Under the pieces are notes generated by a model, which saw nothing but the letters and a program-made list of their open reading frames with translations, was not told the origin of the DNA and made no database searches. Shown piece after piece: positions 47,334 through 56,360 of a stretch of DNA of 64,000 nucleotides. The stretch is from positions 39,753-103,752 of the forward strand of contig CAZMWB010000002.1 in NCBI GenBank assembly GCA_964569955.1. The letters are read 5' to 3'. How positions within the stretch are numbered: position 1 is the stretch's first letter; every line of letters begins with the position of its first letter. The stretch comes from an uncultured Klebsiella sp. (GTDB taxonomy: Bacteria; Chloroflexota; Chloroflexia; Chloroflexales; Roseiflexaceae). A program made the position numbers and the translations under genes.

Positions 47334-48547
47334 GCATCACACAACCACACATCTACTACGTAGCGTATCCCACGAGTTTGACACTGGCGTCTGCGAACGC
47401 AGTACAGACGTATTCCACGCTCCGTGAACTTAAGGCGCTCATGCCACAAACACAGATTTTCATTCCTCGTATGACGCGTGAACCCAATCCGTTCGATGAA
47501 TTGGGCGTCAATTACTTACCACGAATCGGCATTGGTCGGCTTTCACGCCTCTACAAATCAACGCTCTGGTACTACATGGAACGGAGCGTCTTTGCCTGGC
47601 TCGTTGCATTCATCATGTTGTGGCGTTCATGGCGTGGTACGCAAATTGATGTTATCTACGTCCGCGAAGTCATTTGTGCCTATTGGTTGAGCCGCCTCGC
47701 ACCACGCTGGTGTGGTGCAAAAGTCGTCTACGAGGTCCACCATGTGGAGAGTACTAATCACTCACGCCCCAAAGAAACGTGGGCACAACCACTTGTGGCA
47801 CATCTTGACGAGATAACACTCAAACGGCCAACACGGTTGGTTTCGTTGACACATGCATTTCGTACGCTTCTCGTAAACCAACAGGTACGTCAAGTCACTG
47901 ATGTTGATGTATTACCAGATGCCTACAACGACGCTCTTTATACAGCACGTGATCAACATCACGCACGCCAGCAACTCGGGCTAGCGACGAATGACCTCAT
48001 CATCACCTACGCAGGCCTCACCTTCGCATATCGCCGACTCGATCTCCTCGTGCGTGCATTTGCAGACATCGCTCCTCCACTTCGACAGCGGTGCAAACTC
48101 GTCTTCGTCGGTGGGCGCACCCAGGAAGTCAACGAGTTACGCGCCTTGGTTACAACACTGCAACTCGACGAATCAGTCACGTTTATCGGTGTGGTTCCAC
48201 AGAGCTTGGTGGCCGAATACCTGGTTGCAAGTGATATCCTGGCCATACCCGATACGGTGACAGATGAAACTGCATCACCACTCAAGTTGTTTGAGTATAT
48301 GGCAACCGGTCGCGTCGTGATATGCCCAGAGATGCCCGCACTGCGTGAGATTATTGGTGATGATGGAGCATGTACGTTTGTGCGCGGCAATCAAGAATCG
48401 CTGACGTCGCAGCTGAGTATGTTATTACACGATGCGCAACTCCGTGAAACATATGCGGCTGCCGCACTACGGGCAGTCGCTCCACACACATATCGCAATC
48501 GTGCAACCTCACTGGTTGCGATTTGTACGCGTGCATTGGCACATTAG
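47330..48547 (+). CDS. GT4-like glycosyltransferase
   Basis: ATGA overlap with the upstream gene. C-terminal Rossmann half with 'LVFVGGRTQE' and 'ASPLKLFEYMATG' (E-x7-E variant). Confidence 0.65.
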   Translation: MSITQPHIYYVAYPTSLTLASANAVQTYSTLRELKALMPQTQIFIPRMTREPNPFDELGVNYLPRIGIGRLSRLYKSTLWYYMERSVFAWLVAFIMLWRSWRGTQIDVIYVREVICAYWLSRLAPRWCGAKVVYEVHHVESTNHSRPKETWAQPLVAHLDEITLKRPTRLVSLTHAFRTLLVNQQVRQVTDVDVLPDAYNDALYTARDQHHARQQLGLATNDLIITYAGLTFAYRRLDLLVRAFADIAPPLRQRCKLVFVGGRTQEVNELRALVTTLQLDESVTFIGVVPQSLVAEYLVASDILAIPDTVTDETASPLKLFEYMATGRVVICPEMPALREIIGDDGACTFVRGNQESLTSQLSMLLHDAQLRETYAAAALRAVAPHTYRNRATSLVAICTRALAH

Positions 48548-48555
48548 GAGAGCGC

Positions 48556-49350
48556 ATGGCACACCTCACTCGCGCAACAGAAATCGTAGAGCAGTATCCA
48601 CGATTGACACCCGACCACAAAGCGGAGTACTACCGCTATCATCGCGTGCGATTTACGGCCATGCTACATACGCTGCTACAGCTTAATGCCCCCGGGAAAC
48701 GGGTTCTCGAAATCGGGGTGAATCCCGGCCAATTCACGGAAATGCTGGTGCAGGCAGGTTTCAGCGTGACTGGGAGCGATCTTTTTCCCGAACATCGTGC
48801 CGATGTATGGCAACGACTCGGTGTCGAGGTTCAACGCTGGAACATTGATCACGAAGCACCACCATATGCACCTGGGAGTTTTGACATCGTCATCTTTTCA
48901 GAAGTCATCGAACATTTGGCCAATCCACCCCTCGAAGCGCTAGAAACCTTCATGCAATTGCTCGTACCTGGTGGATTTCTGGTAGTGAGTACGCCAAACC
49001 AGTTCTACTTCAAAAGTCGTCTGCGCACACTGTTCGATGTGATACTTATGCAGCCGTTCGACCACGACGACGAATTTCAACGCTGGGCACTACTGCGACG
49101 CGATGCACGCTACTACACGCATAGTCGGCTCTTTAGCATGGCACAACTTGCGTGGCTCGGGCAACAGTGTGGATTTGCTGTGCACACACGTGAGTATGTG
49201 GCAGCCTACGAACCAATCGGCATCGAACGACGTCGCTTCATACATGCACCACATCGGTGGCTTGCCAAAGCATTCATTTATGTGGTTACATGGCTCGTTC
49301 CAGCGAGTCGTTCCATGTTACTCATCGTATTACAACGGCCTGTAGTATGA
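48556..49350 (+). CDS. class I SAM-dependent methyltransferase
   Basis: Start ATG 48556 follows an AGGAGA RBS. Motif I 'VLEIGVNPGQF' and 'FDIVIFSEVIEHL'. Confidence 0.75.
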   Translation: MAHLTRATEIVEQYPRLTPDHKAEYYRYHRVRFTAMLHTLLQLNAPGKRVLEIGVNPGQFTEMLVQAGFSVTGSDLFPEHRADVWQRLGVEVQRWNIDHEAPPYAPGSFDIVIFSEVIEHLANPPLEALETFMQLLVPGGFLVVSTPNQFYFKSRLRTLFDVILMQPFDHDDEFQRWALLRRDARYYTHSRLFSMAQLAWLGQQCGFAVHTREYVAAYEPIGIERRRFIHAPHRWLAKAFIYVVTWLVPASRSMLLIVLQRPVV

Positions 49351-49470
49351 ACAAACGGTGGATTAGAATCGTCTGTGTATCAGATTAACATCATTGAATG
49401 CTCATGCTGTGATACTTCACGGTGACACAGCCCTAGAGTATGATGAGGTGGAGGGGTAAGCGAGGATAGC

Positions 49471-51882
49471 ATGAATCAACGAATACTACGTTTTCTTAGT
49501 TTGTGTGTCGTGATATTTGCCACAGTCGTTGTACAGCCACGGCAAGCCGAGGCTGCCAATGATTTGTTGCGCGCGTCCAACTGTCGTATCAACAGTAGCT
49601 TGATTACATGGGGTGGCTCCACAGTGCTGCATCCCAACGGGTTACTGTATATCACACGAGCAGTTTCCACCTACACCGACATGACCACCAAAGCATACAC
49701 TGCCATCATCGTAGTGAATCCAAACAACATCGTGGAAGGAACATGTCCTGTTGTAGCCACCTACCAGGATTCTAGCGAAGACAACTACACGGCGTTTACC
49801 GTCAAATACAATCCATCGTTAGCCATCCAGGACACGGAAGGCAACATCTTCATCGGTAAGGGCTCTGGCGGCTATTATCGCCTGTTGATGATTCCAAGTG
49901 ACGCACCATCAACCAGCCCATTTCAAGGCATGATTAAACGCAAAATCGCAGCAAATACGGGCAAGCAATTCCATACCTTCACTTCACTCGCAGTAACATC
50001 TACGCACCTTGCAATTGGTCTTTCCGCGTTTAACGGTGGCGAGCCGATTACCCCTCGCTACGCAACGTTGTCAATCAATAGTTTCAAAACCATGACCGTT
50101 ATTCCTGTTTCCTGGCGCAGTTTTGGGCCAAAAGTTGGCAAAAACTATGATGCCATAGTGGGCATGCCCAATGGAAATTTCTTCATTATGGGTGACCAAA
50201 GTGAAGGATGGTTATGGGCAACCTTCTACGACCCAGTCACACAAACCGAAAAGAATCCTAACAATCTGTCACTCAACGGTGCTGGTGTTATTGACTGTAA
50301 CGGCTCCGGCGCAGTGTCGCCTCTCTACGGTTGTCAGACACCACATGCTATCATCGGAGATGATGGAAACTTATATCTCAGCATTCTGGCAGTCCAACGC
50401 AGTGGTTCTGACCGCGCCACTGTCGTTTGGAAATACGACACGACGGCGAATCGTTGGTCGGGCATCACCGGCAGCTCTGCAACACCTGTGAGCGTCTTCC
50501 GCGGATACGAAAATCTGTTTGGTGGCGCGAGCATGTACGTAGACGATCAAGGCAGCATTGCACTCGGTATGGGGTTGCAGTACAAGCTACCCACTGGAGC
50601 TGCAAATTCCGGTGGATTTGCCAAAATCGCACTTCTCCACAATGGCGGATGGTCTGAGAAAATTGCACCGACCACGGGCGCAGCCATTTACGGTAGTCCC
50701 AACCTTTTACTCGCTGAAGTCCAAGGACAGGTTCGCCTGGTAGCCGTCTATGTCAAAGAGGGTAGCCCAGCGTCGCACGGGATATTTTTGGCCAGCTATG
50801 GTACCCCGATGAAGGGACAATTCGCAAAATGTAAACCCAACTTATCGCTGGAAGGTGGCTCGGCATTTGTAAATTCGACCACGATTGGTGGAGCGGTGTA
50901 TACCAAAATCACCTGTGACGCAACACAGTATTACGCCGTTGCATCTGCGAGTGCCACACCACCAGCATCAGTGAGTGCCACAGCCCTCAAACCGTTCTCA
51001 GTTGCCGATGGCACCATCGAAGTGAGTGGCTTAACACAAAATGCATCAAACTATGTTCATGTACGGCTCTATGACACCTATGATAAAGCGGTGGATACAT
51101 GGATGACAACCAGTGTATACGTTGATATGGGCACTACTGTGGGTGCAACAGCCACCATCAACAATACGAGCACCACACCATATTATCTTGATACCTATAG
51201 CATGCGTGGTTCGTCGTACACGGCACCTGGCCATACACGATCAAGCACGGGTATCCTTAAAATTACCGGCGTGACCGATCCTTCTGGACTAGACACCTAT
51301 AGCATTGATGGCGGTAGTCCGGTCACATACATGCCCACCATGCTGAACCAAAGCATTCCGGTATCGCTCAATGCAATCACCACCACCGTAGGAATCTCAT
51401 TGACACTCACCGACGGTGCACGGAATAGCGAAACACGTGGATTGCGTTCACTCATCGTTGACACGGAACCACCCACGGTAACCACACCACCGTCACTTAC
51501 CTTCACTCCTGATGCTGCTGGATCGTTTAGTGGCACACTCACACTCTCTGGTGGGAGTGTCAGTGACACCATCTACAACAGTGCCACTGGTGACAACTAC
51601 TGGGGTATCTGGGTGGCAAATGCCGTGCAGAGTGGCAGTTGTCCTGCAGACGATGCTCCAGAACTCCGCTGGGGTGCCGTTGAAGTTGATGCATCTGCGC
51701 CATCCGCAGAATGGAATCTACTGCATGGTCTGAAATCGGTTCCTGAAAGCGGCACTTACTGCACCTATGTACGATTCCTCGATGGTGCCGGGAATGCGAG
51801 CACCACCGCCGTCTCGACCACCACCGCAGTCACCGTCACTGCGCATCAATCCTTCGCACCCGTGGTATTCGGACAACGCTAA
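49471..51882 (+). CDS. secreted Ser/Thr-rich protein of unknown function
   Basis: Signal peptide MNQRILRFLSLCVVIFATVVVQPRQAEA|AN. No hydrophobic anchor afterwards. The C-terminal third has Thr/Ser/Pro tracts (TEPPTVTTPPSLTFTPD, STTAVSTTTAVTVTA). Confidence 0.6.
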   Translation: MNQRILRFLSLCVVIFATVVVQPRQAEAANDLLRASNCRINSSLITWGGSTVLHPNGLLYITRAVSTYTDMTTKAYTAIIVVNPNNIVEGTCPVVATYQDSSEDNYTAFTVKYNPSLAIQDTEGNIFIGKGSGGYYRLLMIPSDAPSTSPFQGMIKRKIAANTGKQFHTFTSLAVTSTHLAIGLSAFNGGEPITPRYATLSINSFKTMTVIPVSWRSFGPKVGKNYDAIVGMPNGNFFIMGDQSEGWLWATFYDPVTQTEKNPNNLSLNGAGVIDCNGSGAVSPLYGCQTPHAIIGDDGNLYLSILAVQRSGSDRATVVWKYDTTANRWSGITGSSATPVSVFRGYENLFGGASMYVDDQGSIALGMGLQYKLPTGAANSGGFAKIALLHNGGWSEKIAPTTGAAIYGSPNLLLAEVQGQVRLVAVYVKEGSPASHGIFLASYGTPMKGQFAKCKPNLSLEGGSAFVNSTTIGGAVYTKITCDATQYYAVASASATPPASVSATALKPFSVADGTIEVSGLTQNASNYVHVRLYDTYDKAVDTWMTTSVYVDMGTTVGATATINNTSTTPYYLDTYSMRGSSYTAPGHTRSSTGILKITGVTDPSGLDTYSIDGGSPVTYMPTMLNQSIPVSLNAITTTVGISLTLTDGARNSETRGLRSLIVDTEPPTVTTPPSLTFTPDAAGSFSGTLTLSGGSVSDTIYNSATGDNYWGIWVANAVQSGSCPADDAPELRWGAVEVDASAPSAEWNLLHGLKSVPESGTYCTYVRFLDGAGNASTTAVSTTTAVTVTAHQSFAPVVFGQR

Positions 51883-51885
51883 CAC

Positions 51886-53361
51886 ATGCGCACACGTCTC
51901 CACCAGTGGTATACACACAACGCCGGGCACATCGTGCTCGGCGTTGTGATGCTGATTTGTTTGGCTGTATCACTCCCACGCGTCTATGCAACTGACGAAG
52001 TACAGTACTACGCCTGGGTACGGTCACTGTGGTTCGACCACGATGTCAACTTCCGTAACGAATACCAAACTTTTGCACAACTCAATCCAAAATCAGGCAT
52101 TGATACGAGCCTCTTGCAACCAAACCGCATTCGACCATTGACGGGGCTCTACGGCAACATTGCCCCGGTTGGTTCAGCGTTGTTGTGGGCTCCGTGGTTT
52201 GTTGCCACCGATTACGGGCTCCGTACGCTACACACAGTCGGTATCGCGCAGCATATCCCCGCTGACGGATACAGCTGGCCATACCAACGGGCAGTCTGTT
52301 ATGCATCTGCCATATACGCATTTTTCGGTTTACTTATTTGTCATCGCCTCGCACGTGTATGGTTCACTTCGCCACACAGCACACTCGCCACTGTGACCAT
52401 TTGGCTGGCCACCCCACTTGTGTACTATATGAGCATACAGATGCCGTTTGCACATGCCAACGGATTTTTTGCGAGTAGTTGTTTTGTCTGGCTCTGGTGG
52501 AAAAGTACGCAACCGAACGCCACATGGCGCATATGGGCACTCCTCGGCGCAAGTGGGGGGCTACTCTTTCTCGTTCGTGAACAACTCATTCTACTCTGCA
52601 TACTCCCCGTGATTACCGTACTCTACCAACTCTGGCAGAGTGGCAGAGCCACCCTAGCGACACAGTGGCACACACGCATCGCCCAGTACGCACTCGCGGC
52701 ACTCTGCGTCACAGCAACCCTTACGCCGCAATTTGTCGCATACTGGGCAGTCAACGGCACACCTGCTCCCGCGCGGGAAGTGGCGAGCAAATTGAATCTC
52801 TGTAGTCCCCATGCCATAGACACATTAATTGATTTTGACCCGCGACCAGAGCCAATTTGCAACGTGGGAGTTGAGCCCGTCAGCATACCGGCGTGGAGTC
52901 GTGGTGCCCTTATCTGGAGCCCCATTCTCCTCTTTGCACTCATCGGATTAGCCATATTTGTACGCCAACACCCACTCATTGGTGGTGCCATGCTCGCCGC
53001 GCTCTGTTTGCAAATTTGGATAAATGGCGCATTTGGCACAACATGGCATCTAAGTGGTGCCTTTGGCTTTCGCCGCTACATCGAATGCACACCATTTTTC
53101 ATCATCGGGCTAGCAAGCACACTCACACAGCTCCAGCACCGCGTGTCATGGCGCGTGTTGGTTGTGCTGATGGCACTTTTTGTGGCATGGAACGTTGGTT
53201 TGATTGTCAACGCAACTATTTTTAATGGTGAAACCCAGTTACGCCGTGGTCTATCATGGCCGCAACTATGGCAATGGCAATTCACACTGCCACAACGCAT
53301 GTGGGAGCGCAGTCAAGATCTATTCGACCGCTGCAAACTGATTAAAAACAGCTGTTCGTAG
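51886..53361 (+). CDS. GT-C fold glycosyltransferase (ArnT/PMT, GT39/GT83-like)
   Basis: About 12 helices. The acidic motif 'ATDEVQYYAWVRS' comes immediately after TM1, the position of the catalytic D-E in PMT/ArnT enzymes. Starts 3 nt after the secreted-protein gene. Confidence 0.6.
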   Translation: MRTRLHQWYTHNAGHIVLGVVMLICLAVSLPRVYATDEVQYYAWVRSLWFDHDVNFRNEYQTFAQLNPKSGIDTSLLQPNRIRPLTGLYGNIAPVGSALLWAPWFVATDYGLRTLHTVGIAQHIPADGYSWPYQRAVCYASAIYAFFGLLICHRLARVWFTSPHSTLATVTIWLATPLVYYMSIQMPFAHANGFFASSCFVWLWWKSTQPNATWRIWALLGASGGLLFLVREQLILLCILPVITVLYQLWQSGRATLATQWHTRIAQYALAALCVTATLTPQFVAYWAVNGTPAPAREVASKLNLCSPHAIDTLIDFDPRPEPICNVGVEPVSIPAWSRGALIWSPILLFALIGLAIFVRQHPLIGGAMLAALCLQIWINGAFGTTWHLSGAFGFRRYIECTPFFIIGLASTLTQLQHRVSWRVLVVLMALFVAWNVGLIVNATIFNGETQLRRGLSWPQLWQWQFTLPQRMWERSQDLFDRCKLIKNSCS

Positions 53362-53384
53362 CGTAAATGTGACGTATCCCATAC

Positions 53385-53413
53385 TTGCCAATCACCCATC
53401 CGCGTGCTACCAT
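53385..53413 (+). promoter_or_regulatory. candidate promoter for tRNA-Met
   Basis: TTGCCA (53385-53390), a 17-nt spacer, then TACCAT (53408-53413). The tRNA begins at 53425. Confidence 0.4.
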
Positions 53414-53424
53414 AGTCAGCACAG

Positions 53425-53499
53425 GGGCCGATAGCTCAAAGGCAGAGCACGTCGCTCATAACGACTTGGTTACAGGTTCGAATCCTGTTCGGCCCACCA
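53425..53499 (+). tRNA. tRNA with anticodon CAU (elongator Met or lysidine-modified Ile2; not distinguishable by eye), CCA encoded
   Basis: Acceptor GGGCCGA/TCGGCCC, D stem GCTC/GAGC, anticodon loop CTCATAA, and T arm ACAGG-TTCGAAT-CCTGT. The paired 1:72 position argues against an initiator. Confidence 0.9.
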
Positions 53500-54474
53500 C
53501 ACATCACTAATCATCCCAATCCGCTGAGACACATCACACAACGTTGTTGCAATATCCGTACACGCACTTGCAATCAAGGCACCATCCGACGTGGTGAGTG
53601 CCCGCTCCAGGGTGCGTTGCCCATACTGCTTATACAACACACCCGCATAAAAACAACAATCGTCGAGTGCCGTAGCAAGGCGCATCTGTGCGTCATGTGG
53701 TTCGGTTGGAGCCGACCACCGATTGACGGCTTCGCGCATCTGCATCAAGCGCCATGTGTAGTCGCTGATTATCCGTGCCACATGCGTCGAAATCAACGAA
53801 AGTGGGGCAGCCTGCCGCGCTGTCGCAGCAAGCAAATGCCATGCATCAATACCACAGTGCCACGTCTGATACGAGCGTAGCGGGTGATTGGGCGTCGCAA
53901 AATCCACACGTAAGCGCATCATGAGTGGTGACACCATATCATGCCATTGCATCCCCTGTGCTGGTGCTTGCAACTCGCGCCGTAGCACAATACAGTGCAC
54001 TCCTCCACGCAGGTCGAGTTGTGTCGGGGTGATCGTCCCACTATCACATACAAATCGGTCATTGTGCCACTCTACGACCGCATACCCGGGAGCACCACAG
54101 CCCCACACGATGAGCACCCCATCAGCATGCTGCGGTGATGCAACAAACGCGGGTAGCGCAGGGAGCGTTTCACGATCAAACCAGGCTTGTTCACACACCA
54201 CACCGAGCAGTGACATACGGTGCAGGGCGCGTCCGAGCAGGCGCACCAACGGTACAACAGGTGTAGTCACCTGCATCGGGTGCCAGAGCAGCGTGGCAGG
54301 ATCACACCATTCTTCTGCGGCTACAACACCAAACCCCAACCCTGTGGCCGCAAGCAGGTGTGGCATGTCACAGGCAATACCGAGACACTCCATCCCCTGA
54401 TGCAACGACCGAAACAATGAATTAGGGCATTGGTGCATCGCTGGATATGCTACCAGGTCAGGCGTATCACCCAT
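53470..54474 (-). CDS. hypothetical protein (weak resemblance to BtrH-N / papain-like fold proteins)
   Basis: Starts 3 nt after the stop of the upstream PLP-enzyme gene (TAG 54478-54480, ATG 54474) and has protein-like composition. The N-terminal 'HQCPNSLFRSL...LLAATGLGFG' is reminiscent of the BtrH N-terminal Cys region, from memory and with low certainty. Confidence 0.5.
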   Translation of the reverse strand: MGDTPDLVAYPAMHQCPNSLFRSLHQGMECLGIACDMPHLLAATGLGFGVVAAEEWCDPATLLWHPMQVTTPVVPLVRLLGRALHRMSLLGVVCEQAWFDRETLPALPAFVASPQHADGVLIVWGCGAPGYAVVEWHNDRFVCDSGTITPTQLDLRGGVHCIVLRRELQAPAQGMQWHDMVSPLMMRLRVDFATPNHPLRSYQTWHCGIDAWHLLAATARQAAPLSLISTHVARIISDYTWRLMQMREAVNRWSAPTEPHDAQMRLATALDDCCFYAGVLYKQYGQRTLERALTTSDGALIASACTDIATTLCDVSQRIGMISDVWWAEQDSNL

Positions 54475-54477
54475 AGC

Positions 54478-55593
54478 CTAATTCCGTTTCCCTCGTGCTA
54501 CCACTGACACCGGTGTAATCGTAGCTGGAGCGTCTACGAAGTAGAGTGTGTCTGATAAATTGACCGTGGTACAGACATGGATTGGCCGGAGTGCAATACG
54601 ACTCCCAATAGGCAAATCAAGGGTCGCAGGAATCTGTAAGACGCCGTGTTCTTCGGACATACGTACGAGTGCCACCGGATGTTCGACGCCCGTTGCAAAC
54701 CCAGTGAGTCCCATTTTTTCGTAATTGACGTCACCTGCAAAAGTCTTTGAGCCAGCATCAACGGTTGCCGTTGTGGCATCAGGACGACTGATGACGGTGC
54801 ACACGATGGACAACGCCACCTCTTCATCGCGACACGCACCATTCAAGCGCTGCATGTCATCACCGAAGACGTATGTGCCTGGGCGAATTTCGGTGACACC
54901 AGGCACGGTTGCGCATGCCATTCCCGTTGGAGTGGAGCCCACACTCACCGCATCAATGGTCAGTCCTTGGTCGCGCAACGACTGCGCCATACGTACCATC
55001 ATGGTTGCTTCTTCGATGCCCAGTTCATGCGCACTACGACCATTGGCCCCCGCAAACCATGCACCTCGATAAGTAAAAATGCCATCGAGACGCAAGTGAG
55101 ATGCCTGCTCCACCGCACGACACAGTGCGTCCATGTGAGGGGCAGCAACCCCACAACGATGGAGGCCAGTATCGTATTCGACACGGATGGCAATCTGCGT
55201 TCCAGCAGCCTTTGCAGCCTCCTGCAACTGCGCAATCCCCACCATCGAATCTACACCAACGATGAGTTTGACAGTATGTGCCATGGTGGCAGCATGATGC
55301 GCTTTGTCTGCGCCAATAATCGGATATGCCACAAAAATGTCGTCAAATCCAGCATCAGCAAAGACCTGTGCTTCGGAGAGTTTGGCTGCTGTGATGCCAC
55401 GCGCACCTGCGGCACGTTGCATGCGTGCAATTTCCAGTGTTTTATGCGTTTTAATATGCGGACGCAACGCCACCCCATACCGATCTGCGTGCTGTTGCCA
55501 GCGCAAAATGTTGTGCTGTACTGTTGCCACATCAACAACCAATGCAGGGGTTGCAATATGCGCACCAATCAAACTCACTGTAGAAGATGACAT
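54478..55593 (-). CDS. D-threonine aldolase / D-serine dehydratase-like PLP enzyme (alanine-racemase-N fold, DSD1 family)
   Basis: PLP-Lys motif 'ALRPHIKTHKT', N-terminal 'TPALVVDVATVQHNI', and a C-terminal beta-domain. GAGGAG RBS upstream. Confidence 0.75.
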   Translation of the reverse strand: MSSSTVSLIGAHIATPALVVDVATVQHNILRWQQHADRYGVALRPHIKTHKTLEIARMQRAAGARGITAAKLSEAQVFADAGFDDIFVAYPIIGADKAHHAATMAHTVKLIVGVDSMVGIAQLQEAAKAAGTQIAIRVEYDTGLHRCGVAAPHMDALCRAVEQASHLRLDGIFTYRGAWFAGANGRSAHELGIEEATMMVRMAQSLRDQGLTIDAVSVGSTPTGMACATVPGVTEIRPGTYVFGDDMQRLNGACRDEEVALSIVCTVISRPDATTATVDAGSKTFAGDVNYEKMGLTGFATGVEHPVALVRMSEEHGVLQIPATLDLPIGSRIALRPIHVCTTVNLSDTLYFVDAPATITPVSVVARGKRN

Positions 55594-55607
55594 CGTTTAC
55601 TCCTCGT

Positions 55608-56348
55608 TTAGTACGAAATCAAGCCACCATCAATATTGAGTGCTTGTCCGTGAATATAGCTCGATTGTGACCCCAACAAAAACAGCACCACCTGCGCGAT
55701 TTCACTGGCAGTCCCCATACGTGCCATGGGGACCTTGGCGATACGTTGTTGCGCAATCTGTGCAGGTGTCAGTACATCACGCGCAAGCTCGGCTGTCACA
55801 TGATCCTGCATCGGCGTATCAATGATACCCGGACAGATACAATTGACGCGCACTCCATTTGTTGCCACACTCTGCGCAAACGTCTTTGTCATGGCAATCA
55901 CCGCCGCTTTACTCACATTATAGATAGGATGCTGGATGGTACTCGCCATTTTCCCGGCAATAGAGGCAAGCAACACCACACTCCCTGACTCTTGCGTAAT
56001 CATCTGTTTTAGTACAGCCACTGTCAAAAACCAAGTCGCCTTTGCATTCACATTCATGACTGTATCCCAATGTGCCTCATCCACGTCAAAGGGATGACAG
56101 AGACGATTTATCCCGGCAGCATGAACAAATCCAGCAATGTGATGCCCATCAGCTGTGGCATGTGCGCATATTGTAGCTGGTGCACTTGAGTGTGTGATAT
56201 CGCATTGTACTGAAGTAAGCCGTGCATGCCTGCGCGGTATCGGTACCCGGTCAATGGCACATACCGCCTCCCCCTGTGCGAGTAACCCATCAACACAGGC
56301 CAAACCGATTCCACTTGCTGCCCCCGTAACAATGGTACGTTTATGCAT
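55608..56348 (-). CDS. SDR family oxidoreductase (FabG-like)
   Basis: 'TGAASGIGLA' (TGxxxGxG), catalytic 'YNVSKAA', and 'NAAG'-type 'HAAGIN'. Confidence 0.85.
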   Translation of the reverse strand: MHKRTIVTGAASGIGLACVDGLLAQGEAVCAIDRVPIPRRHARLTSVQCDITHSSAPATICAHATADGHHIAGFVHAAGINRLCHPFDVDEAHWDTVMNVNAKATWFLTVAVLKQMITQESGSVVLLASIAGKMASTIQHPIYNVSKAAVIAMTKTFAQSVATNGVRVNCICPGIIDTPMQDHVTAELARDVLTPAQIAQQRIAKVPMARMGTASEIAQVVLFLLGSQSSYIHGQALNIDGGLISY

Positions 56349-56360
56349 AATGTATATTCC

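Noticed and set aside
54967-55590. 207-aa plus-strand ORF, with its neighbours at 53888-54400 and 54725-55072
   Set aside because: They are antisense to the PLP enzyme and the 334-aa protein. They have Cys/His/Arg-rich compositions and no RBS, while the minus-strand genes have motifs and operon-consistent spacing.
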